From a virus: a DNA stretch of 64,000 nucleotides. Both the position numbers and the translations under genes were made by a program. Each line of letters opens with the position of its first letter. Position 1 is the stretch's first letter. The stretch covers positions 102,853 through 166,852 of IMG/VR virus record IMGVR_UViG_3300020057_000496, one strand, 5' to 3'. Below the pieces are notes generated by a model. The model searched no databases and was not told the origin of the DNA. It saw only the letters and a list, made by a program, of their open reading frames with translations. Shown here one piece after another: positions 55,888-64,000 of the stretch.

Positions 55888-55970
55888 GAACATTAGTGAA
55901 GTCGTTACACGCCGAGTGTGGCGACTTCGGTAACTTCCCGTCATTTGTCTAAGTCTTTGAGAACGGCAAT

Positions 55971-56852
55971 ATGAGCTTCCTTGGTAACGAGAAGAAGAAG
56001 GTCGTCAGGCTGGAGTGCGTCGTCTGCCGGGAAGGCGACTCGCCTGAGTTTAAGTTGATCCTTAACGAACCAACCACGCGGGAGTACCGGGAGTTGATGG
56101 CCTCCATTAGAAACGCCGACGCCACTGAAGAGGACGAAAGGGACTACCTCAAGGCCGTCGTGCACGGCTTTAGTGGCTTGACCGTCCGGAACTTTACGCA
56201 CCTGTGGGGCAGTGGCAAGTTGCGGTATCCGGAAACAACGGACGTAGACGTGTTCGAAATAGAATACAGTCCGGAGTTAGTTTTCGAACTATACAAGAAC
56301 TGTTGGCCGGGTAGTTTTGCCGATGTGCTATTTCAGTGCTTGAATGAGTCCTATTCGGAACACGAAGAGGAAGAAGAAGAACTAAGAACGAAGATTCAGG
56401 ACTACGTACACGCCACGTACCGCTCGAAAGCCCCGTCCAGTTGCGAGGACTGCGAACTCAAGATGGAAGGTGCCGAGGAATGTTTCTTCCACAAGCACTG
56501 GGGCGTCCCGGAATGTCCCTACATGGTGCTGCACAGTGATCCAAAAATGGCGCAGTTCATGTCGTTCGCAACAAAGGCCATCGACTCATGGGAGGTAGAC
56601 GCAGACCCAGTCAAGCAGACATCGCCAAGACCGGGACAGGTAAAGGTAACAGACAGGTCGAAAAAGAAACAGTACGGCATCTCGGTTGAGAAATTCGACT
56701 GGGCTTGCCGTCTGCACCAAGTTGAGGGGGCAGACCAGCTAGAGGCCCTGACGTGGGTAGGGATCGTCGTGAAGGCTGCGAACGAAGCGCCAGAGCTGGA
56801 GATCCTCAAGATGCGTGAGGAAAGAAAGGCCGAATTAAGGAAGCGATTCTGA
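55971..56852 (+). CDS. second tail assembly chaperone (gpGT-like): paralogous N-half plus Cys-rich C-half
   Basis: DYLKAVVHGFSGLTVRNF versus DYLREVISGWRGLTVDNF; CEDC..C..CP. Confidence 0.65.
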   Translation: MSFLGNEKKKVVRLECVVCREGDSPEFKLILNEPTTREYRELMASIRNADATEEDERDYLKAVVHGFSGLTVRNFTHLWGSGKLRYPETTDVDVFEIEYSPELVFELYKNCWPGSFADVLFQCLNESYSEHEEEEEELRTKIQDYVHATYRSKAPSSCEDCELKMEGAEECFFHKHWGVPECPYMVLHSDPKMAQFMSFATKAIDSWEVDADPVKQTSPRPGQVKVTDRSKKKQYGISVEKFDWACRLHQVEGADQLEALTWVGIVVKAANEAPELEILKMREERKAELRKRF

Positions 56853-56970
56853 GTAGTTAATCGCTTCTTCATTGGTTAGTATAGTAAGATAATAAAGTCA
56901 TTATCAAGTCGGCATCTCGACTAATTGTTTGAGTTTATTCGAACCTTCCATTCTCCCAGGACCCCGCTAA

Positions 56971-59900
56971 ATGGCAAATGAGATCAAATTAACCGTAAAA
57001 TTTAGCAAGGACGGTTCGATTGAGGGACTGGAGCAAGTCGAGAATGCCATTAAGGGTATCTCTGCGGCGGCGAAGACGGCCACCGCGAACATCGTCGGAC
57101 TCCGTAACGACGCCAGTCGGGTCGCGCGTGAGGTTCGTTCCACGCAAGACCTGCAGCGCGAGAACCGGCGGAGCGCAGCTAACCCGCGCAACATAGAAGA
57201 GTACAGAGCAACCCAGCGTGAGGCTGGGGAGTTACGTGGGGTCCTGGACAGGGAACTCGGCGAGCTACGTGGGGCCCAGCAGGGGTTAGTGGCTCAGCGT
57301 GGAATTGCCCAGCGCCTTGCGCGGCAGGTCATTCAACAGTTGACCGTTTCTGCCGAGAGTATCATAGGGGCTTTCAATGATAGTATCGGCAGTGGTATGC
57401 CGGGTATCTTGCAGGGGGTCCGTGCCGATGTGTCAAAGAAGGGCCTGGATTCATTTCGAGCAGCGGCGGGTCAACTTACTGGTAAGCTAAAAACTGAGGC
57501 CCAGGCTAAGTTAAGCCAGTACGACAAGACTATCGACGAAGCGGTCCAGAACGCCATTATTGCGGCGATCAATAGGCCAGCGAAGCCTACGATCAATTAC
57601 GGGATGGCGTGGTTACGTCCGCTCTTGATGAAGAGTGGCTTATTCCAACTTGGCGGATTTCCTTCCGGGGCAGAGATCAGCAAGGTGATCGGCGATCAAA
57701 TGGTATCGCAAATAAAGGCTCGCCTTGGTGGAGCGAGTAATCGCAACTTCTTTGGTGAGATTGCCAGTGCCGCTAAGATTCCACACCTTGAGGACAAGCT
57801 CATTGTGGACAAGGTACTGCGTGGTTACTACCAAGATATCGCAGTAGCGCTAAAGCGTTCTAACGGAAATATCCAGGACGCCTTCCAGGACTTCAAGCGT
57901 CAACTACAGTCACAGATAGGTGAGCTTAATCCAGAGAAGCTGCGGGCTATCGGGAGCGTAGTCCAGGACCTTCCGGAGGTTGGCAACAAGATCGCCGCCA
58001 TGCTGAGGAAGGAGGCTGCTGACCTTGAGCGGTTCCAGCGGACGGTTGCGAGCGGCGCACAAGCAATGCTGGCGCGGTCCATCGCGTCTCAGCCACAAAG
58101 CCTAGATACGGCAGCTCGCCAGATGGCATCTGAGTATGTAAGTTCGGGTTCGCGCCAGCCACTCGGTTTTATCGGGCCACCACGACCGCCAGGTTTCGAT
58201 TCCAAGAGTTTTGGGGAAGGACCAGTCAAGGGGTCCGCTGCGGCGCTGGGCCTTTGGGCTAACGCCGCACAGCGGGCAGGGGCTGCCGCGAAGTCCGCCG
58301 ACGGCGTGATCGGGGGCTTCACGCGCCGGATGGGTTCGATGAATCTAAATAGCTTGTTCCATGGATTCTTGAACATTCCGAACCGCATTAGCTTCGCGTG
58401 GTGGAGACTGAATAATATGTTCTTCCTGGTTTCCCAGGGAGTTAACATTGTACAGGGGGCGTTCAAGGGACTTACCGCCGGACTTATGGCCAGCAACGAA
58501 CTCTTCGAGATGCACCGACGCCTGGGCTTTTCGATTAGCTTCCTGCAGGAGATGTCGATCGCCGCGAAGATGACGGACAGCTCGCTTGCCAACCTGCAGG
58601 TGTCACTAAAGAACCTTTCTAATTCGGTCGGTACGGCCCAGAAGAAGGCCCCGAATGCGCAGAATGTTGCCTTCAGGCAACTAGAAGAATTCCTTGGGCC
58701 GGAGCGCGTTGCCGACGTACTAGCGAAGGACGGTGTCAAGCAAGGTGCCACCATGCTTGACTCGCTGGCCAATAGTGCCAATCGCGGCCAGACGGCACTG
58801 CTCTTACTACAGGAGGCAATGAAGAAGGCGAACGAAGAAGGGAAGAATACGACCTTCACGGCAGCTAAGCAACTAGAAATCTTTACTGCACTTGGTGGTA
58901 AGGGAGCATTCGCTAACATGCTGCCGGTAATCGAGAAAATGGCTGGTCCCGAATTCGGGAAAGCCATGACTATGATGGGGGAATTGGGACTTCTTCTTGG
59001 TAAAACTGAGGAGGAGTCGTTACAGGCGGCCGAGGGGGCCGAGAAGTTCCGGGAGACTTGGGCTCAGGTAGCGGCTATCCCGCTCGGCGCAATTACACAG
59101 TTCGACAAGGGGGCCGCACCGTTCTTGACGCTGTCGTTGGAGCGCGTCCGTGATCTTGTTAGGGAGATGAACATTGGTGGCGGTGGGTTGGAGTCGCTCG
59201 GTGTAAATTTCGGAGTTGGCGTACTTGCTGCTACGAATAAGGTCGTTGACCGACTCCGTGAGTTCGTAATCGAACTCGGGGCACTCAAGCCCGGTGAGGC
59301 ATTCGGGAATCTTGCCGAAGATATCGGTAAGCTTTTCGGTGAGAAAATCCCGGAAGTAGCCGGGCAGGTTCTTCCGATCATGCTGGAAATAGGCCGTCGC
59401 GGGGCGCTTGGCTTCATTGAGGGACTAAAGAGCGGGATGAGTGGCGATGCGATGTCGGCCATTCTGATCGGTGCAGTCGGCGGAATAGGCCTTGGCGATA
59501 TTTTCGAAAAAATGGCCGTTGGCGCGACTGGCGCGAAATTCCTTGGTCCGCTGGCCCCGATATTAGGGACGGCACTGGCTGGGGCAGTAACGGGGGGGCT
59601 TGCGTTGGCATTACTGAACGCCGTAAGTAATAATCAAGTAGTTGCGTTCGGTCAAAAGATTGGCAAGCTGCTCGGTGACACCGTAAGTGCCTCCGTGAAG
59701 ATTGTCTTATCACTGTTCGATTTGGCCAAAGGTATTATTCCTCAAGCCATAAAGGCCGGATACGAACTCGGCACAGGGATAGTTTCCGGGATAAATCAGT
59801 CGCTGAGGGAGAATCTAGGTGTGTCCCTGACGTCAGCGCTCGGCCTAGCCTTCGCCGGGTTTGGCCTCTATAAATTGCTGTTTGCCGGTCTGGGCACAGC

Positions 59901-62900
59901 AATCGCGGCGGGATTAAAGGGGGTTAGCTTTGCCAGTATAGGCACAGCAATGACGGCGGCCTTCGCGTCGAGTAACTTTGCCCGTGTTGGGGCCGCAGTA
60001 GCGGCACTCGGGGTGTCTCTTGGACACATATTCAGGCTCGCCTTCCTTACTCCACTCGGCGCAATGGCTGTTGGCATAATTACGTACGTGTTCGGCGAAG
60101 CTGCCGAAGTGAAGGCCGCTGCCGCCAGGGGGGGGTCTGAGGCTGGTAAGACCTGGCTAACAGCTTTTCTACTGGCAATTGCAAATATCGGTGACCGTAT
60201 GGCTGATGCGCTCGCTGGTGAGAGTCCGGGAGAAACCTCCATTCAAACGGCCCCTGACTTTTTTGATAAGGTGGTCGCCGGCGGGAAATCGGGGTTTTTA
60301 GGGGGCGCCGCAGGCGCTGGTCGAACCGCGTCTGAAGCGGCCAGGGCGGCGTTAAGGGTACTTGGGCTTACTGACGAAGATATCGCCAAGGCGAACCAGG
60401 CAACGGCTGCGGTCAAGGAGGTGACGGCTGCCGTAAGTGACTTAGACAAAGAGAAGGCAAAGGCCGAGGCTCGCGCAGGCGGACTTGGCCTAATTGTTAA
60501 CCCAGGTTCCGGGCTCAAAGAGATCGGCGATATGCATAACACCATGAGCGAGGTCGAGGAGTTAAATAAGAAAACCGAGAAGTTAGCTTTCGACATCGCT
60601 AAGGCAAGCGATAATAATGACAAAGAAGGCATCAGTAAAGCTACTGAAGAACTGAAGGGCTTGCAGTCTAAAGCTGCTGCGGCTGTCCTTAAGAACCCAG
60701 CCCTCGCGGAAGACCCCAATGCCCCCCAGAGCCTGGCGGCGAGACTCGAAGCAGAACGCGCGGCCGAGGCTGAGCGCAAGAAGGCGGCAAGTGCTGCCGA
60801 GTCGGACGCTAACCGGGAACTGAATCTGCGTACAAAGATTGCCGACCAGGTCAGGGCCGCACACGTAGTCGCGCAGGCCATAGCCAGGGGCGGCGGGACA
60901 CAGGACATGGCCGCTGCACTGATCGAGGCCGAGGCGGCGGCACAGGGTCTTACGAAGGGACTAGAGGATGCCGGCGTGAAGCAATCGCTGCTGTTTGTTG
61001 CGATCGTCAAGGGTACTGCCGAGATCCGGAAGGCACAGATAGACAAGGGCTTCAAGCTGGAGGACAACGAAAAGAAACTAGACATGTTCGACGAGTTGGT
61101 CGCCGGTGGGATGAAGCTCGAAGATGTCCAGGCTCGTATCGGTGCGATTGGAGAGTCCAACCTTGGCACGATTGATGCCCAGATCAAAGCTGCCCGTGAG
61201 GGTCTGGCAGTCGGCGAATCTTCGGCTGCTATCGGGGCACTTGAGGTTACTCGCGCGGTCGAGCTGAAGCAGATTGAGGATGCCATAACGCAGGCGGTCC
61301 GGCAGCGTGTCGCCGAGCAGAAAGCAGCGGCACAGGACGAGCTTGGGGGTATCAATCAAGAGATTGGGCTCACTGCTGAATTTAATCGCGGTGATATTTC
61401 CAGTGACGAACTAAGGATTAAGAAAGCCGGGCTTGGTGCGCTGAATGAAGAGACACGCGAACTACTGGAGCTAGGGGAAAAGGGGCGTATCCAGCTAGAG
61501 AACATGCAGCGTGGAGTCATCGACTGGCGCGAAGAGTTGATTTCCGGCTTTGGCCAAATCTTCGACGCGTTCATAGACGGGTCTCAGGATCTCGGCGAGA
61601 CACTGAAGGACATCGGCAAGCAGTGGGGTCGTAACCTATTCAACGCGACGCTTGACTCCAAGCTTAACTTCGACGGAAAAGTCCAGAGCAATTTCCTTGG
61701 ACTTGCCGCGTTTGCCGCCGACGCATTCTCCGGTATCTTCGACGGAGCAGAAGGCGGGGGGTTCTGGAGTGGCGTTGCCGGGATATTCGGTGGCGGTGGT
61801 GGCGGCGGTGGCGGCGTTACTTCGGCAAACGGCAGTAGTCCCGGCATTCTTTCGTATCTTGGCCTAGGTGGGTCAGGCGGCGGTGTCGCGACCGGAGCCT
61901 CGCTGATTTCAAGTGGCGGAACTAAGACCGGGATTCCACTAGTTGACTTACTGCTAGGCCGCGTACCCGGAGTTGTGGACGGCGCCCAGGGTCTATATTC
62001 TTCCGCATTCGGTACGGCCACTTCCGCTCCGAGCTTGGGGGGGTTCGGGCTGGGGCCGACAGGGAGCGCAATCCCACCGGGGGCGATTGGGCAGAATCTT
62101 GATGGTTCTTTCTTATTTTCGAATGGAGAAACTTCGTTTGGTCAGACGTTTAGTGATGGGTCAAACGCGGTAAGTGGGGGTGCTGCTGGACTAGACCTTA
62201 CTAATATAGCGGCCGGCCTCGTCGGAACAGCCGTAGGTTCTTACTTGGGTAATCTTGCCGGTGGGTATGCCGGCGAGTCACTTGTTGGCAAGCCACAGAG
62301 CCTGGCCGAAGGCGTGTCTAGCGACATTGCCGGGGCTATTATGGGGGTGATCGGTGGTGCGATTGCCGGTGCGATAGTCGGCAGTATATTCGGGCCTATT
62401 GGGACTCTCGTTGGCGCCCTGGTCGGTGGTGCCGTCGGTGGGTTTGGTGGCAAGTTTCTCGGGACACTGACAGGGGCGGACTATCTGCGCGGAAATACGG
62501 ACGATGCATCCGGCCTTAACGGTATTCGTAACCCCGGCGGGCTAGGTACTACGACCCAGTACGCACTCGGGCTTCACACTTCGTCGATGGCAATTCCTGG
62601 TGGAATGGGGGCGCTTGGCAAGTCACTTGGCGCTCCGGCGTTCGCTAGCCTTGGCGGGCTTGACTTGAATTGGGTGAGCCTACTTGATCCATTAGGTACT
62701 GCACTAGCAACGACGCTGGCGCTACTAGGTGGTCTGATGTTCCAAGGCCCGACTACGGGGAGTTTGAACCGCCGGGCCGGGGAGAGTGCGTTCGATGCTA
62801 TTCCGGTGTTTTCCAAGAAAGAAGGACTTCAGAGTAAGGACCAGTTAGGGGACTTAACTCGCAGCCAGAACCGGCTAGAGAACAGTCCGGATCTGGCCGA

Positions 62901-64000
62901 GCGTCGCAAGAAACTAGCTGATGCGCGTGTTAATGCATCTGGCCCGTCGGCGCTTGACGACATCGCGGGCTTTGCTGGTTTCTTTGCTCAGATGACTTTC
63001 GGAGACGCCCCAAGGACGGGGAAGAAGGGCAAGGACGCGGTCCCCATGGGGACACAGGTCGAGCAGTGGACGAATATCCTGACCAACTTCTTTGGTCGGC
63101 TGGACGGCGACAGTGCCGAAGTTGCGGCCACTATTCGCGAAAAACTAGGCACCGCATTCAAGGAACTCGGCATTGATGCCGGCGATGCATTCGAGACGGT
63201 CGGCAAGCTCGGCATTCAGCTCATGAAGGAGGAGGCCCCAACTCACTTCGGCGAAGAAGTAGACAATGCCAAGAACTACATGGAGACCCTGAAGGGTGTC
63301 GCTTCCGTTTTCCAGGCGGACCTTCCGAAGGGCGTACACCTGACGCAGATAGCACTCGAAAGCATGACTCTCGACGGCGAGAAGCTTTACAAGAACCTTA
63401 CTCAGGCTCAGAAGGAACAGTTATTTCAATTCTCTCAAAACGAAGAAGGGTTCCAGAAGTGGATGACTGGTCTGGCTGCGTCGGGAGCTGAGTTTAACGC
63501 CGAAGAGATCAACGAGCGCCTCAAGGACATCTCGGCTAGCGCCGCTGCGGTTGGTGAGGCATTGCCCTCCCTATTCAACGGCGAGAATGCCGCTGCCGGA
63601 GTGGCCGCGTTCGGCGCAGCGATCCAGAGTGAAATTTCCGGCAAGGCACAGGAAGTCATGTTCGGTCAGTTGCTTGACAAGACCGAGATCGCCTCGACGT
63701 TCGAGGGTGCCTTCAAGCTTGTCCGTGAGGCGACTGAAGGAAAGTTCGATCTTACGAGTATTACGGGGACACGTGAATTTGGTCGTCGGCTGAAGGAGGC
63801 AATTTCGGAAGGTAAGAAGAATCTCATGGAGTACGCCGAGGTGCTAAAGACCGCCCGCGAACAATTAGAGGCGGCGCTCAAGCCAACCACGAAAGAAGAG
63901 CTTGATGCAGACCTGGTAATTCGCGAGGAGGGGCTACGTGACCAGCTTCGCGGAACGTTCGGCGGGGCTCTGGAAGCCGGGATTGCCGCCGGGGGTGGGG
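56971..64000 (+). CDS. tape measure protein, more than 2340 aa, 3' truncated by window
   Basis: MANEIKLTVKFSKDG...; frame 1 appears open to the window end; Ala/Gly-rich helical with hydrophobic segments; follows the chaperone genes. Confidence 0.85.
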   Translation, partial: MANEIKLTVKFSKDGSIEGLEQVENAIKGISAAAKTATANIVGLRNDASRVAREVRSTQDLQRENRRSAANPRNIEEYRATQREAGELRGVLDRELGELRGAQQGLVAQRGIAQRLARQVIQQLTVSAESIIGAFNDSIGSGMPGILQGVRADVSKKGLDSFRAAAGQLTGKLKTEAQAKLSQYDKTIDEAVQNAIIAAINRPAKPTINYGMAWLRPLLMKSGLFQLGGFPSGAEISKVIGDQMVSQIKARLGGASNRNFFGEIASAAKIPHLEDKLIVDKVLRGYYQDIAVALKRSNGNIQDAFQDFKRQLQSQIGELNPEKLRAIGSVVQDLPEVGNKIAAMLRKEAADLERFQRTVASGAQAMLARSIASQPQSLDTAARQMASEYVSSGSRQPLGFIGPPRPPGFDSKSFGEGPVKGSAAALGLWANAAQRAGAAAKSADGVIGGFTRRMGSMNLNSLFHGFLNIPNRISFAWWRLNNMFFLVSQGVNIVQGAFKGLTAGLMASNELFEMHRRLGFSISFLQEMSIAAKMTDSSLANLQVSLKNLSNSVGTAQKKAPNAQNVAFRQLEEFLGPERVADVLAKDGVKQGATMLDSLANSANRGQTALLLLQEAMKKANEEGKNTTFTAAKQLEIFTALGGKGAFANMLPVIEKMAGPEFGKAMTMMGELGLLLGKTEEESLQAAEGAEKFRETWAQVAAIPLGAITQFDKGAAPFLTLSLERVRDLVREMNIGGGGLESLGVNFGVGVLAATNKVVDRLREFVIELGALKPGEAFGNLAEDIGKLFGEKIPEVAGQVLPIMLEIGRRGALGFIEGLKSGMSGDAMSAILIGAVGGIGLGDIFEKMAVGATGAKFLGPLAPILGTALAGAVTGGLALALLNAVSNNQVVAFGQKIGKLLGDTVSASVKIVLSLFDLAKGIIPQAIKAGYELGTGIVSGINQSLRENLGVSLTSALGLAFAGFGLYKLLFAGLGTAIAAGLKGVSFASIGTAMTAAFASSNFARVGAAVAALGVSLGHIFRLAFLTPLGAMAVGIITYVFGEAAEVKAAAARGGSEAGKTWLTAFLLAIANIGDRMADALAGESPGETSIQTAPDFFDKVVAGGKSGFLGGAAGAGRTASEAARAALRVLGLTDEDIAKANQATAAVKEVTAAVSDLDKEKAKAEARAGGLGLIVNPGSGLKEIGDMHNTMSEVEELNKKTEKLAFDIAKASDNNDKEGISKATEELKGLQSKAAAAVLKNPALAEDPNAPQSLAARLEAERAAEAERKKAASAAESDANRELNLRTKIADQVRAAHVVAQAIARGGGTQDMAAALIEAEAAAQGLTKGLEDAGVKQSLLFVAIVKGTAEIRKAQIDKGFKLEDNEKKLDMFDELVAGGMKLEDVQARIGAIGESNLGTIDAQIKAAREGLAVGESSAAIGALEVTRAVELKQIEDAITQAVRQRVAEQKAAAQDELGGINQEIGLTAEFNRGDISSDELRIKKAGLGALNEETRELLELGEKGRIQLENMQRGVIDWREELISGFGQIFDAFIDGSQDLGETLKDIGKQWGRNLFNATLDSKLNFDGKVQSNFLGLAAFAADAFSGIFDGAEGGGFWSGVAGIFGGGGGGGGGVTSANGSSPGILSYLGLGGSGGGVATGASLISSGGTKTGIPLVDLLLGRVPGVVDGAQGLYSSAFGTATSAPSLGGFGLGPTGSAIPPGAIGQNLDGSFLFSNGETSFGQTFSDGSNAVSGGAAGLDLTNIAAGLVGTAVGSYLGNLAGGYAGESLVGKPQSLAEGVSSDIAGAIMGVIGGAIAGAIVGSIFGPIGTLVGALVGGAVGGFGGKFLGTLTGADYLRGNTDDASGLNGIRNPGGLGTTTQYALGLHTSSMAIPGGMGALGKSLGAPAFASLGGLDLNWVSLLDPLGTALATTLALLGGLMFQGPTTGSLNRRAGESAFDAIPVFSKKEGLQSKDQLGDLTRSQNRLENSPDLAERRKKLADARVNASGPSALDDIAGFAGFFAQMTFGDAPRTGKKGKDAVPMGTQVEQWTNILTNFFGRLDGDSAEVAATIREKLGTAFKELGIDAGDAFETVGKLGIQLMKEEAPTHFGEEVDNAKNYMETLKGVASVFQADLPKGVHLTQIALESMTLDGEKLYKNLTQAQKEQLFQFSQNEEGFQKWMTGLAASGAEFNAEEINERLKDISASAAAVGEALPSLFNGENAAAGVAAFGAAIQSEISGKAQEVMFGQLLDKTEIASTFEGAFKLVREATEGKFDLTSITGTREFGRRLKEAISEGKKNLMEYAEVLKTAREQLEAALKPTTKEELDADLVIREEGLRDQLRGTFGGALEAGIAAGGG

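Noticed and set aside
56967-63890. Many - strand ORFs in the last 7 kb
   Set aside because: Antisense to the tape measure gene, which is missing from the ORF track only because it has no stop in the window.

Overview
This window is part of a large tailed-phage (siphovirus-type, HK97-fold) genome or prophage, with almost all genes on the + strand. Order: the C-terminus of an SF4 helicase; a tRNA-like cluster; an RNA/DNA repair block (PNK-phosphatase, Rnl1, DRB0094-type RNA ligase, ATP-dependent DNA ligase); a second tRNA-like cluster on the - strand; two free-standing, apparently dead intein ORFs ahead of a class II ribonucleotide reductase; an AEP primase/Rep-like gene; and an accessory region of small genes with shared leaders, IS200/IS605 miniature ends and a macrodomain gene. 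The morphogenesis module follows: terminase, portal-MuF, prohead protease and MCP. It is interrupted by a ~14 kb island of about 13 glycosyltransferases plus a radical SAM enzyme and methyltransferases, and continues with signal-peptide-bearing Cys-rich fibre proteins, neck/tail genes and a tape measure gene that runs off the window. Several protein features suggest a deltaproteobacterial-grade (Binatota-like) host, which is inference only. Best candidates for new biology: (1) about 7-8 tRNA mimics with intact elbows, mostly 8-bp acceptor stems and individually wrecked anticodon arms, bracketing the RNA-repair operon; (2) a very large putative virion-glycosylation island with paralogous GT4 genes next to the capsid and tail-tube genes; (3) domesticated dead inteins coupled to nrdJ; (4) a leader-repeat gene array that has captured a host conflict-system adaptor domain. 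All annotations come from motif reading by eye; no database searches were run.
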